From assembly GCA_964016885.1 (NCBI GenBank), contig OZ024753.1, positions 41,354,001 through 41,418,000 of the forward strand: a DNA stretch of 64,000 nucleotides, in the 5' to 3' direction. Shown in pieces: positions 12,336 to 25,829 of the stretch; the stretch's first letter is position 1, and every line of letters starts with the position of its first letter. Below the pieces are notes generated by a model. It did not search any database and was not told the DNA's origin. It worked only from the letters and a program-made list of their open reading frames with translations. The translations under genes and the position numbers were made by a program. This DNA is from Eledone cirrhosa. Its lineage: Eukaryota.

Positions 12336-12839
12336 TATATATATTGGGTCTGCTCAAACTACTGCAGAAATCTTGGCGCAAATACTGGCTTTTCTTATGG
12401 GTATATAATAGTGTGACAATTTGTGTAGAAGATATTTAAAAGTATATAGAATATATCGAAAAATGTCTGGAGATTTCTATAGACTAACTTTTGTGCTTAA
12501 AGTGTTTTTACCATCGAAAACTATTTTACGAAAATCTATGGCAAGTCGAATTAAATTGTTTCAAAAATGTTCTAAAGAATTTGTAGTAATTTCAGAAGAG
12601 TTATTTAGTTTGGAATTTCAATGGCAAAAATATTTTATTGTTTAAAACTTACAAGGTGTTAATGAATTATTAGGTCTGAGGCTGTGTTGGGTTTGAGTTT
12701 TGTATTGAATTACAGACTGGTTTGTTGTGGGTTTTTATGTTTGAATTGATTTTGATACAGAATAGGTATGAGATGGCTATATGTGGTTCATGATATACTT
12801 ATGTAGTTTATACGTCTGCATACACACACATACGTAAAT

Positions 12840-12964
<125 letters not shown>

Positions 12965-13075
12965 CATACGTAGATGGACACGCACACATATATATACACA
13001 CACACAGACATACATTTATATATGCGCATACACACACACACACATATATATACACATACATACATATATGTATGT

Positions 13076-13118
<43 letters not shown>

Positions 13119-13285
13119 TTGACTTCACTTTCCGTTGACCTTACAAGTTCGCGCGTACATATTTTAACTTTTGTCTATTTTTGAACACCATACACCTCTC
13201 TGCACTCGCCCCCTCCCCTGCCATACACACACGAATGCATGTATATTGGTATGTATGTATTTGTGCATGTATGTATTTATTTGTG

Positions 13286-13322
<37 letters not shown>

Positions 13323-14054
13323 GTATTTGTATATCTATGTTCGTATTTGTGTGTATGTATGTATGCATGTATTTGTATATGTATGTTCGCATTTGTGTGT
13401 ATGTATGTATCTATTTGTATATGTGTGTATGTATGTATGTATGTATGTATGTATTTGTATATGGATGTTCGCACGCATTTGTGTGTATGTATGTATGTAT
13501 GTATTTGTATATGTATGTCCGCATTTGTGTGTATGTATGTATATATGTATGCATGTATGTACGCATGTATGTATGTGTTGTGTGCACCCGCATCTATACA
13601 CATATACACACAGAGGGAATGTAAGTGGATTAGAAGAAATATATTGAGACCTTCACCCAACTAAAGAAACATGAAGCTCAAGAGAGGGAAAAAATCTGCC
13701 ATTCACCATTTCTATAATGGAAAGAAAGAAGATTGTAATTGACTTCAAGCTGGTCTCAAAACGATTCTGATGAAGAAACAAAATCAATAATGAACGCAAC
13801 AGTTCCAATTCAAATATAGAAGCTGTTCAATGTCATTTAAAAAGCATTGAACAGTGAACGTACGTTGGCCTGTCTGGTGGTTTAAGTGTTAGTGTTTTTG
13901 ACCTATGTTCATATGGCCGTATGCTCCATTGCTAAACCGAGGTGGTATGTTGTGTTCTTGAGGGCATGACATTTCATTTTACGTCATTTTTTCTTGATAT
14001 TACATGGCTTGTTTCTATTCTTAAAAGGGCCTGAGATACAGACACGTTCAAAAA

Positions 14055-14424
14055 TAATTGTTTCTACTTTTGGCACAAGGCCAGCAATTACCCAGTACAT
14101 TACTGGTACTTTATTTTATCGACCCCGTAAGGATGAAAGGCAAAGTTGACCTCGGCGGGATTTGAACTCAGAATGAAAAGGGCCGTATTTTACTTATACA
14201 TGCATGCTTTTCTGTGTGTCCGTTTCTTGGGGGTTTTCATTATGGTGAATTGGCAGTATCGGTAGAGGGTTGGACGCCATGCTTTCTAGCATAGTTACGT
14301 CCCTTTACAGTCTGAGTTCAAATCCCGCCGAGGTTAACTTTGCCTTTCATCCTTACGGGATCGATAAAATAAAGTACCAGTAATGTACTGGTGTATTTGC
14401 TGGCCTTGTACTTAAAGTAGAAAC

Positions 14425-14430
<6 letters not shown>
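14055..14430. mobile_element. Divergent pair of family A SINEs (14055-14187 minus, 14243-14430 plus)
   Basis: Both match the family A consensus. Confidence 0.8.
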
Positions 14431-14469
<39 letters not shown>

Positions 14470-14767
14470 AAAATGTTTAAACCCGACGGCAGAGCTCAAG
14501 CCGTTTCGACAGCTATTTCTGAACTGACTGTGGAAACGTCCGGAGGTCAGCCGTCGGGTCCTGACTCTTTCCTATATATATATGTGTGTGTGTGTAAAGA
14601 CTACAGTGCTGAGATCTAAGAGAGTACAAATCAGAGAAGTACTCTATGCTTGGGAACAAGAAGCAGGGTGGTTATAGAAGAAGGTAAAAAGGCTTGCTGA
14701 ATATAAGCCGAAACCGCTAGGCATCGCGGTTGAATTTTTAGTACCCCCCCCCCTCTCTGTCTGGCTG

Positions 14768-14803
<36 letters not shown>

Positions 14804-14823
14804 CTTTCATTTATATATATATA

Positions 14824-14884
<61 letters not shown>

Positions 14885-14923
14885 GATATTAACAAATGTA
14901 AACTATATTTATAAAACCATATT

Positions 14924-14988
14924 TATTTCATTATACATATTTCAAGCACACCAAATTAAATTATGGTGAGCTTTCATCAGATAAAATA
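14924..14988 (-). ncRNA. Type I hammerhead ribozyme, family P3 (antisense arm)
   Basis: Minus strand: TATTTTAT-CTGATGA-stem II-GAAA-T[ATGT]A-TA-ATGAAATA. Confidence 0.75.
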
Positions 14989-15100
14989 TAATATAGATCA
15001 GTTTTATAAATAAATATTGACATACCCGGGAGCTTCCAACAGAAATGGTTGCATTTTTTAAGGGTATGTCAATATTTATTTATAAAACTGATCTATATTA

Positions 15101-15165
15101 TATTTTATCTGATGAAAGCACACCATAATTTAACTTGGTGTCCTTGAAATATGTATAAGGAAATA
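15101..15165 (+). ncRNA. Type I hammerhead ribozyme, family P3
   Basis: TATTTTAT-CTGATGA (15109-15)-AAG.ACACC/GGTGT.CTT-GAAA (15146-49)-TATGTA-TA-AGGAAATA; AUA site; one stem I mismatch. Confidence 0.75.
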
Positions 15166-15292
15166 AATATGGTTTTATAAATATAGTTTCCATTTGTTAA
15201 TATCGTATTTTTACTCCAAATACTTGTTGAGTGCTTTATATCAGTTATAAAAATATTTGCTTGTTGTATCCCAACAATTTAAATAGAACTTT

Positions 15293-15327
<35 letters not shown>

Positions 15328-15396
15328 TATGAAGAGAGAAGAAACATTTAGATATAATTAGTAATAAAATGTATCATACCTAAACTGCTCCTAAAT

Positions 15397-15484
15397 TCCT
15401 CGACTACGTAGTTTCGTGGCATAAACAAAAACAATATATCAAAGATATAGAGTCCCTGCGAGGTCTGCCGACTTATCAAGAGGA
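15397..15484 (-). ncRNA. Hammerhead ribozyme, U3:A8 variant (antisense arm)
   Basis: Mirror image of 15654-15741. Confidence 0.7.
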
Positions 15485-15653
15485 TACCTCATTTTACTAG
15501 TCTCAAGAACGCGTCCGTGGTATTTTCTTCGTGGTTATAAGAGGCTTAGCTCTGTTTCTCGACCGTTATATCGCGTGACTATCTCCCCCTCCGCCTTTTG
15601 GGATTCTTTCTCACGTCGTGTAGACGCGTTCTTGAGACTAGTAAAATGAGGTA

Positions 15654-15741
15654 TCCTCTTGATAAGTCGGCAGACCTCGCAGGGACTCTATATCTTTGAT
15701 ATATTGTTTTTGTTTATGCCACGAAACTACGTAGTCGAGGA
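15654..15741 (+). ncRNA. Hammerhead ribozyme, U3:A8 variant with long stem II
   Basis: TCCTC-TTGATAA-GT.GGCA...TGCC.AC-GAAA-CT[ACGT]AG-TC-GAGGA; GUC site, predicted cleavage after 15736. Confidence 0.7.
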
Positions 15742-15977
15742 ATTTAGGAGCAGTTTAGGTATGATACATTTTATTACTAATTATATCTAAATGTTTCTTC
15801 TCTCTTCATAATGTATTTTTAACTCTGATACTGGTTCAGTCTGGTTCAAACTGAATTGGTCTGTCCCAGTCATTCATTGAGCAACATCGGTGAAGTTGGC
15901 ACCCTTAACTCACAGTTGGGTGCGGATGCATTCATGTATATATGTGTGTGTCCGCATGTATCTGTGTGTTTCTAAAA

Positions 15978-16018
<41 letters not shown>

Positions 16019-16058
16019 CGATATTAACAAATGGAAACTATATTTATAAAACCATATC

Positions 16059-16123
16059 TATTTTATTATACATATTTCAAGGATACCATGTTAAATTATG
16101 GTATGCTTTCATCAGACAAAATA
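16059..16123 (-). ncRNA. Type I hammerhead ribozyme, family P3 (diverged copy)
   Basis: Minus strand: TATTTTGT-CTGATGA-AAGC-ATACC/GGTAT-CCTT-GAAA-TATGTA-TA-ATAAAATA; stem II changes are compensatory relative to 15101. Confidence 0.75.
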
Positions 16124-16270
16124 CAATATATACCAGTTTTATAAATAAACATTGACGTACCCTTTCAAAATGCAACCGTTACTTTTGGAAGACATCAAGG
16201 ATAGTCGAGTGCTTTATATCAGTTATAAAAATATTTGCTTGTTGAATCCCAACAATTTAAATAGAACTTT

Positions 16271-16363
<93 letters not shown>

Positions 16364-16627
16364 AGTGCTCATAATTTGTTGCAAGTTAATTCCGCGAGCA
16401 AGCTATTCAAACAACTGAAACACTCGCCGTCAGAACTGACGGACATCCAACAATAACACAATATTTTTCTATAAACTTTACATTATAATTTTATGTGCGA
16501 TCCTTTTTGAAGTTATGTTCCAACACTACATGATGCATGGATAAAGAGTGCACAGGCGTGTGAACGAACCTCACAAATTAAAACAATGTGTCCACCAAGT
16601 CAACAATTTATCTAACAATATTATTTG

Positions 16628-16810
16628 TGGATTAGCAGTATCGGTAGAGGGTCGGACACCATGCTTTCCACCATAGAGTTACGGCCCTTGCTATCCTGTG
16701 TTCAAATCCCGCCGAGATTAACTTTGCCTTTCATCCTTATGGGGTCGACAAAATAAAGTACCAGTAATGTACTGGTAATTGCTGGCCTTGTGCCAAAAGT
16801 AGAAACAAAT
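16628..16810 (+). mobile_element. SINE family A
   Basis: Matches the family consensus. Confidence 0.8.
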
Positions 16811-17194
16811 ATTATTTGGTTTTCTTTTGAATCCTGTACGAGTATGTGTTTAGGCATATGTTGGTGACGAGTTGACATACGGTAGCGAAAACCCATCCTC
16901 AATCTGATCAACACGTATAAATAATTAGATATGGCATCTTTGCAATGTCACTGATTGCCACAATAAATAATTAATCATTGCATTCTTTTCAACATGATCC
17001 TATGGATTAGGATGGAATCATGATTTTTTTTAAATGACGTTTCTTCATGATTCTTTACATTAAATTATGTTCATAACTTAAATATAAATGGTGTTAAAAA
17101 ATATTCTGTAGATTTTTGGCATTAATGTTTGTCTAATGAAAATATATCAAGAACTGGGTATAATTGAAATAGAGCTTTTGACAGTTGAAAGGAA

Positions 17195-17368
17195 AGCATC
17201 GGTAGAGGGTCTGACGCCATGCTTTGCAACAAAGTGTTACGGCCCTTTATAGTTTCGGTTCAAATCCCGCCGAGGTTAACTTTGCCTTTCATCCTTACGG
17301 TCTCGATAAAATAAACAACCAGTAATACACTGGGATAATTGCTGGCCTTGTTCCTAAAGTAGAAACAG
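17195..17368 (+). mobile_element. SINE family A
   Basis: Matches the family consensus. Confidence 0.8.
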
Positions 17369-17374
17369 TTAATT

Positions 17375-17724
17375 AACTAAATTAGCAAAGATATATAGGG
17401 AGATTGTTGAGTCCAAGCTAAGTGATGAACAGTGTAGTTTTAACCCCGGACGCAGTACAGGGAACCAGATATTCACACTGTGACAGGTTTTTGAGAAATC
17501 AGGGTTAGTAATCCCAAGAAATGTATTCTTGCTTTGTAGGCATCGAAAAAATACATGCCTACGTTCCACGGGACCTTCTGTAGAAGGTTCTGTAGAAATA
17601 AGGGATCGATAGTCAACGTCTTGTTGATCTGATGTCTCTATATGAAGACCCGAGTATTTGTGCTCGGATAAATGGTGCTAAATCGAAACAAGGGTGTGTA
17701 CTGTCACCTCATCTGTTCATTATT
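17375..17724 (+). pseudogene. Decayed non-LTR (RTE-like) reverse transcriptase fragment
   Basis: EIVESKLSDEQCSFNPGRSTGNQIFTL*QVFEKS, then after a frameshift FVGIEK..AYVPRDLL*KVL...SLYE...NG...QGCVLSPHLFII; recognisable RT motifs with stops. Confidence 0.85.
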
Positions 17725-17893
17725 CCGCCGAGATTAAATTTGCCTTCCATCCTTACAGGGTCGATGAAATTAAGTACCAGTAATACACTGGGATAATTGC
17801 TGACCTTGTGCCTAAAGTAGAAATAATTATTTAAATGAACAGGATTGTCTTATTTTTCTGTTGACCAAGTGATATCTTGATCAACTGTGTAGT

Positions 17894-17925
<32 letters not shown>

Positions 17926-18116
17926 CACTCCGGCACACACACGCTCACACACACATACACACACATATATATGCATATATACATGCATGTATGCATATAA
18001 ATATATATGCGTATATAGATATGTAGATTTATGCATTTATATCTGATATATATATGTATGTATTTATGCACAAGTATATATGTATATATATATATACATA
18101 TATGTAAATAGATTTC

Positions 18117-18184
<68 letters not shown>

Positions 18185-18186
<2 letters not shown>

Positions 18187-18341
18187 CGAAGGAAATGTGG
18201 TAAGGAACCAGGTGGACCATAACGCACCAAAGTACTCAATACTTGAGGTAGTAGAGTGGGTAATAGGAACCAGTAAGACCCCGACAGCTGAGCTCAAGCC
18301 GTCGAAACGGCTTGAGCTCAGCTGTCGGGGTCTTACTGGTT

Positions 18342-18345
<4 letters not shown>
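18185..18345 (-). mobile_element. PLE-like fold-back element, family P1
   Basis: Reverse complement of 10857-11046 with a shorter fold-back; embedded in (TA)n. Confidence 0.7.
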
Positions 18346-18431
<86 letters not shown>

Positions 18432-18477
18432 GAAATGACAGGAGGCTGGATTTGTGTAAATCCTTGAAAGGTTTATT

Positions 18478-18535
18478 ATACTATGATCATTTCAATGACC
18501 GGGTTCCGTATGAATCCGGTGATATCATCAGGTAT
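18478..18535 (-). ncRNA. Type I hammerhead ribozyme
   Basis: Minus strand: ATAC-CTGATGA-..ACCGG.TTC/GAA.CCGGT..-GAAA-T[GATC]A-TA-GTAT; AUA site, palindromic loop III. Confidence 0.7.
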
Positions 18536-18693
18536 TCGGAATATAATACGTGAATGTAATAGGTAAAATCCATGGGGCTGAAAATCGAGACCCGAGGGCG
18601 ACCGCTATTCTGTTCCTTCAACCTCAGCCGGTTGCATTACGATTGACCATACGGAATAGACCAGCTCTATACAGTGGTGAACCTCAAACCTGA

Positions 18694-18759
<66 letters not shown>

Positions 18760-19243
18760 TTTACAAGTACATCCAAAACATGTTATTACGTCCTGGAAAA
18801 CCTATTTTTATGTAGAATGATATAAGGAAATCATTCCGGAGCCAATCATATTTACCCAATCAGTTAACTGATGCGAAAAGTGTTGGAAAATATCTATAAT
18901 ATCTATTGATTTTTGGAGATATGATCAGAGGTCAAATATTGCCAACACATGATGTGAGCTGAAGTCAGATATTACCAACACAAGTGCAAAAGTACCATAT
19001 TATTTATCGAAACTGAATTGCAGTATCACATTTCTCATTCGGTGACATTCTAAATGTTTGCTTCTGCATGAACGACTAATTAAATAGTGCTGCAATCTCA
19101 GTTTATAGACGTCGGATTAAAGACACCTCGGTGTTTGTCCGATCTACACGGTCTAAGTTCAAATCCAGTCAAGATCTACTTCGCCTTACTTTTTCGTTGT
19201 TTCGAGGTCGGTAAATAAAATACCAGTCCATTACAGTGGTCGA

Positions 19244-19321
<78 letters not shown>

Positions 19322-19429
19322 GTATTCGTTGTCATTACCTTGAACATTTTACTCTTCATTTTAAGACTTTCGTATGTATGGACCCGTAACTCCCGATGGA
19401 GTTAAAATAGAAATGTGACTCATATTTAG

Positions 19430-19560
19430 CTAAGTGTCTGGCAAAGAGATGTAGGGAGATTGTCGAGTCCAAGCCAGCTGATGAACAGTGTGGTTTTCGC
19501 CCCGGGTGCAGTACAGGGGACCAAATATTCACACTGCGAGAGGTCTTTGAGAAATCGCGG
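19430..19560 (+). pseudogene. RTE-like reverse transcriptase fragment (same family as 17375)
   Basis: KCLAKRCREIVESKPADEQCGFRPGCSTGDQIFTLREVFEKSR. Confidence 0.85.
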
Positions 19561-20494
19561 AAACCCACCCACCCACTAATGACAAACGGTACGCCTTCGG
19601 CATTTAAGCTTGGCGTAGCCAGTCTCCTCTCCATGTCTGAAAACAGTCGATTTATTCCAGAAAAGGAAATACAGAGAGAGAGATTATTAGAAAGGAAGTG
19701 AGAAGTAGATATAGGGTAAGAAGTATCGATCCCAGTATTGGATCGATACTTTTTTATCGACCACGAAAGGATAAAATACATATTTAGCGTCGGGGGTGGT
19801 AGTTGAACTCAGAGATCAATGAGAGCCGGATCAAATACCGGATCAAATGCCGCTGAGCCTTCATTCTATCCGACGTTCTAATGACACTGACAATACACCA
19901 GGCATTCAAACATTTATTTCCTATAAAATATAATATAATAAAATAAAATATAATTTAACACTTTGCTCAGCGTTGAAGCATGCAATTATATCAGTATTTG
20001 AGTTTTATTTGGTATTCGTTTCATTTATATAACATTCAACAAATTTAAATTTAATTCCTATTACCTGAACACTTTGCAAATTATTGCTTTATCCTTCTTT
20101 GTTTATGTATTTGTTTAGTTATAAATGTTATATAGTAAATGATGGTAGCTTCTTGAATGAAAAAAATATATAAGAAAAGAAAAAAATCTGCTGCAGTCTA
20201 CGCTGAAGTAAACAAAAATAAAAAATAAAAATTAAAAAAAATATATATATACAAATGTTTTTCTACCGCAGGTGGATTATAACAAATTCCAATTTACACA
20301 TCAACTTTAACATGTCTAGAAATTCAAATTATCCTTGTTTGTTGTTTTCAAATATGTTTAGTAACTTGATGATACCGGGCTGGGGGATCATGATAACACA
20401 CTAATCTCCACACATGAAGAGGCATACTAATATAATGGAAATTACTATGACTTAAGTTGATGAGAAACATACGAGACTATTTTGTGTGGTTCAT

Positions 20495-20680
20495 GGACCT
20501 CCGTTGGTTACGACGATGACAAGTGTTCCATTTTTTTTTTTTTTTTTTTTTTTTTTTGGAATAACGTAACAAACAGTCTCTTACGACGTCATGAAATTTA
20601 AACGTGCATCCTTAACGAAATTCTCAGGGAGATCCAACAAGAAATAGTGTATGACGACGAGACTGGCCCTTTGAATTAAC
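20495..20680 (+). mobile_element. Diverged interspersed repeat (family also near 4420, 22285, 39600, 50760, 58150)
   Basis: Recurring motifs GGTTACGACGATGA, GAAATTAACGTGC and GACAAGGCTGGCC in degenerate form. Confidence 0.45.
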
Positions 20681-20736
20681 GAGCAAATAGCTGACCATTC
20701 CAAATATATATTATATATATGTATATATATATATCT

Positions 20737-20808
<72 letters not shown>

Positions 20809-22021
20809 CAGAGAGGGAGAGTACTATATATATATATATGTGTGTGTGAGGTTGATATTACCTAAGTACTAGGTGAATTCCTGCTACAAAGAACAAAGGA
20901 ATATCAAATACCTTAGTTCATACCTGAGGTAATATAATCACTTTGTCTTTGTGACAACTTATTTTTATAAGATATAATTAACATAATATGTTTATGTTCA
21001 ACAGATAACAAAATAAAATTTTCCTTCTGACCCCACGTGGGAAGTAATTTCCCCTTCCTTTACCCAAAAGGTGATAATGAACATACTCAAATGGCAATTG
21101 AAATAAACTCATGAATTTTGTTTTTGTTTTGTATTATTTTTATACACTCCTGCAATTGGAAATAACAAGAGGTCTTACCTGTGATCTCTTTGTCAAGCAC
21201 GTAACTCTATGACACTTAATTCAAACTAACTTATGAATTTTGAAACTAACTTTAACGTTGGTGACAATCTCATATTTAATTGGTGTGCAAAAAGCATTTC
21301 TGTGATATAAAAATTGCCTTACTTATTTCAAATAGTCTACCACCTGAGCTATTTAGAAAAACTTATCAAATATATATTACGTATGACAGAAAATTTATCA
21401 AAATTTCTTTTTTTTTTGCTTAAGACAAGACTACACAAAAACAAAAGCGATAGGATTAAAGAGACAGAAATCTTTCAGACATTCAGTGATATATAATGAG
21501 CAATAAAAGGATAATGTCTAGACGAAGATAAACTAATTTCCTTAAAGTGAATTTTCTACGAGATAATATTGCATATAGATGGTGCATTAGCAGAATTGGT
21601 ATAGCGAGCGTTGTCATTGCGATATTTGGTCTGGCTCTTGTTAAATCCCATCACGGTCAACTTTTCCGTTCATTTTTCTAGAGTAGATAAAATATAGTAC
21701 CATTCAAGTACTGATGTTGATTTAAACACAATTGCCCTACCCTCAAGTTTTTCTGGTCTTGTGCCTCATTTTGAAATCAATAGTTCGGAGAGAGCAACAA
21801 TACCATATATGATATGTAAGTAGTGTAGTGGAAACACATGAATTAGTGGATAGAAAGATGGACTCACGATTGTAAGGTGGGAGTTTGATTCTTAGATAGC
21901 ACGTTGTATCCTCCAACATGACACTTTATTTCACGTTGCTCCAGTCAACTCAGATGGCAGAAATAAGAGTTGTTCTTTTACCTCTAAAGATCAGCATTGT
22001 GTCTCGGTGTTTCACTCTGTC

Positions 22022-22280
22022 TAAAGTCTGTTTCGAGGTCTGTGGCTCATCAGGTCGGCGTTTATCCTCGGTGTTTGTGTCGTTGAGCGGCTAAAATTAC
22101 AAGAGCCCTCCACCTGGACAGGACACCAGTCAATCGCAGGGTTAAACCTCGAGCTATTGCTGAAAATACTGGAGCAACGTGAAATGAAGAGTTATGCCCA
22201 AGAAAAAAACATGTAAACCCAATCCAGGAATCGAACCCACGACATTATTATCGTAGGCCTAACACCTCTACTACTAGGTA
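22022..22280 (-). mobile_element. SINE family B, long variant (CCTGCGATGGACTGGCGTCC-type 3' part)
   Basis: Homologous to 30785-31010 and 36018-36308. Confidence 0.65.
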
Positions 22281-22860
22281 ACACCCTGAGCATTCCACAA
22301 AGATATGTATGTACCTTTTTGGAATGCTCAGCTACTTGGACATTGATTTCACAAAACACACACACTGTTCTGCCGAACGTATCAACTGAAATATTCATCG
22401 TTAGAACAGACGGAGATCCAACAATAACTACAACAACACTGTATATACTGCGAATCGTTTGGTAATGAAAATCTATTTTATTACTGACAATTCGTGACGA
22501 AACTCTTATTTTATATAATTTGAAGTTGTGTTATGAAAAAAAAAAAGACATTATTATGCAAGTTGGGAGAACACGTTTGTGTCATTGTTTTTTACTTCAG
22601 ACAAAAAAGAAAAAATGTCTCAGTAAAATAGATTATGAAAGGAAATTCGATTTATTATTTAAGCAAGGCATTAAATATTTTTAGATGTATAATAAATGTG
22701 GAGAGACATGTTACTTTTACGGCATTTCTCCCCAATCCAAAATATTTCCTTTCACTCCTATTACTTTTGTATATATTATCTTCATTGCTAAATAAGGAGA
22801 TTGAATATATTTTAATTTCACAGTTGAATTTTATTGTGAATACCTTGAAATAACTCCTTC

Positions 22861-22921
<61 letters not shown>

Positions 22922-22925
<4 letters not shown>

Positions 22926-23116
22926 TTTATCCCGAGTTCAATCGGGGATAACCACAGTAAGTAGGGTACTCAATACAAAGAAGAGTATAAATATTTAATA
23001 TAGAAAAGTCTTCTACAGGACTAGAACTGTTTCAGTCGGGAGAAATCATCAGGGCTTCCTGATGATTTCTCCCGAATGAAACAGTTCTAGTCCTGTAGAA
23101 GGCTTTTCTATATTAT
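22922..23116 (-). mobile_element. PLE-like fold-back element, family P2
   Basis: Inverted arms around 23053; tail homologous to 42769-42934 and 43607-43807; embedded in (TA)n. Confidence 0.75.
23055..23101 (+). ncRNA. Type I hammerhead ribozyme, family P2
   Basis: CTTC-CTGATGA-T.TTC[TCCC]GAA.T-GAAA-CAG[TTCTAGTC]CTG-TA-GAAG; GUA site. An antisense copy at about 23008-23052 lacks a paired stem I. Confidence 0.75.
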
Positions 23117-23249
23117 ATATATATATATATATAGGTAAAGAAGCAGGCTGTGTGGTTACTGAAAACGAAGTGTAAGAAGGTAATAGGGATGTAAACAAGA
23201 GAAGAAAAGTGGCACTTCGTCAGCTGTTTACTACGGGTCATAGATATTT

Positions 23250-23310
<61 letters not shown>

Positions 23311-23611
23311 CGATCATGAATACCACGAGCTTGCCAGTTACGTAAGTCTGATATTTGATTTCGGATTCATAGAAACACTTTAAACGTATAACGTTTGATT
23401 TGTCCAGGTGTATTTTTTCAACCTGTTAGTTCTTTCGTTACTTTGGTATTGTGTGTTAGATTTTGCTTACCACAATGTTCAATTTGTCAAGCTATTTAAA
23501 CGTATGTTATTACTCTGAGGACCTACCCTTGTCGAGTGCTTTGCTAACTCATTCATATAGTAGGTCGAATTTGCTTGCACACCACCAAAGATTCGATTTT
23601 ACTAAGCCTCC

Positions 23612-23744
<133 letters not shown>

Positions 23745-24004
23745 CGATATAAGTAAACGTTAAAAACAAATAATATTCTCTGAGTAGCCATGGCAATATC
23801 ACCAGAAACTGGATGTGACTGTTAATATAGATCAAGCAAGTTATAGCACACGTAAGGACGTAAAACCACCTTCTCAAATGGAAGAAAGAAACTCTATAAT
23901 AGAAAAGTGAAAAAAAAGAGATAGCAGATGTATCCTCATTAGTCAGTGGAATAGAATAGACAGCTGGATGTGGAGTAAAAAACACGGTGTACACCTACCT
24001 ACCT

Positions 24005-24614
24005 ATGGTGGCTGCCAACTCGTTTTCGAGTACGGCCACTACTTTATATCCATGTAGGAGATCCCCTACCGATGCGCTGAACGAGTGTGACTTTTTAGTC
24101 CAGCCAGCGACTTGAAAACTCTGGTACAAACACTACACTTGTGACAATTACTGACACATAGTGCTGGGCCCATGGTACCATGTGACGACAAGTGCAGAGA
24201 GATCTCCAGATATAAAGCAATGCCTGTGCCGTGAAGCTTTTATAGTGAGCAAAGGCACTGCACAAAGCCAGTCCCACTCTCTTAACCAAGATGATATTTA
24301 CCAAAAAGAAGAACAAGTCAACATCATTGGATACCATCAGGGTTGCAGGTGTTATATCAGAGTTTTCCTTCTCCTAGAATTCTGGCTTGACAAAGGCTAA
24401 GGGGTCATCACTCCCGGTGATTTTGGATGGCCATTGACTCTTAAGAGCTCCTTTGCCCTTTGACAGGTTTTGTTTTTAGTCCTGCAGGATGTCCAGAGTC
24501 ACCCTCCTCACCAAGAAACCTTGGTGGGGTTGCCAGTTTAGTCGCCAACGACCCGACCATGGGACAGGTTGTACTGGGATACATGTTACCAGTAGCACCA
24601 ACTGGTGACCTGAC
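24005..24614 (-). mobile_element. RTE/LINE 5'-like repeat (copy 2, longer)
   Basis: Near-identical to 823-1236 and extends about 200 bp further; 24425-24465 also matches 7935-7975 in the opposite orientation. Confidence 0.6.
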
Positions 24615-24719
24615 ATATATATATATACATACATGCATAAGTATATCTTTTTCTTTCGGTTTTTTTGCTATACACACACACATACACACACATATACACA
24701 CACTCACACACACACATAT

Positions 24720-24764
<45 letters not shown>

Positions 24765-25095
24765 GACATGCATATATATATGTGTATATATATATATGTG
24801 TGTGTGTGTGTATGTATATATGTATGCATATAACCACGAACGGTAAGGTCTCCTGGCAGTAAAAGAAACATGGAAAGAATGGCTTTCCAGCTGCTACATG
24901 TCAACTAAAACATTTGAAAGAAAACTGAATGCAACGTCAGGGAGAATCACGAATTCAAAACGAATACAAAACATTCTTCCGGTGTATCGAATAAAGAATA
25001 AAAATATATAAAGGATAAAAACCATCAAGAAGAAAATAAGAGGAGTGTGAAAGGATTCACAAATATCAAAATGGACACAAATATATTGGCTATTG

Positions 25096-25166
<71 letters not shown>

Positions 25167-25791
25167 TGAGCACAAAAATATACACCACTCTAAGTAGTAA
25201 TGAAGGAATTTGGAATAATTATAGAAAGACTAAAGGCGATGTCAACACAAAAATAATCCTGAAATGGAATTGAAAAAAAAAGCAAAATCTTCACCGTTTT
25301 TGACGATGGATGTTCTAGTTGCTTGATGAATGAAACAACCTGTTTGAGAAGTTAATGTAAAGGAATAAGCGTTACATAAGCAGACTAGGTGGCAAGGCTT
25401 GTCATTTGTCTTGTGGTTACTGTCCATCGGACGAGCTTCCCAAACTGTTTTTCGTCTCCGTACTTTCACTCGCGAGGCTTAGATCGATTAGAAGTTATGG
25501 TAAATGACAGATTAAATAAAACAGGCCTGGTACTAAGACAATTACCATTCTACATCGTGTCAGAATATAAATCATTAATAACACTTTACCACCCACTCAC
25601 CCATTCCTACAAAATACAAACACAATTATAATGAAACTAAATCTGTTCCTATAAGGGAGAGGAATTTTCGGGTTGATTTATTTGTCTAGACCTAATTCCA
25701 TTATCATTCCATTACGATAGTTACTGAATCGAATCAATGATGCTTATAACTGCTATAGAAAAATCTATAAACCATCCCATGTATATGGAGG

Positions 25792-25829
<38 letters not shown>

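Larger units (their letters stand above)
14884..15297 (+). mobile_element. PLE-like fold-back element, family P3 (~145-bp inverted arms + tail)
   Basis: 14884-15027 is the reverse complement of 15062-15208; tail shared with 16204-16275; flanked by (TA)n. Confidence 0.75.
15322..15930 (+). mobile_element. PLE-like fold-back element, family P5 (~194-bp inverted arms, 107-bp spacer, tail)
   Basis: 15322-15515 is the reverse complement of 15623-15816 with no mismatch seen by eye. Confidence 0.8.

Noticed and set aside
23515-23570. CTGAGGA-CCTAC...GTAGG-TC-GAAT hammerhead-like hairpin
   Set aside because: Core spacing is wrong, GAAA is mutated, and no stem I/III was found.
24495-24570. Twister ribozyme (minus-strand CCTGTCCCATGGTCGG ... 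GAGGAGGG)
   Set aside because: Could not find the UAA-P2-GC segment that pairs as the consensus requires; kept only as an unassigned structure.
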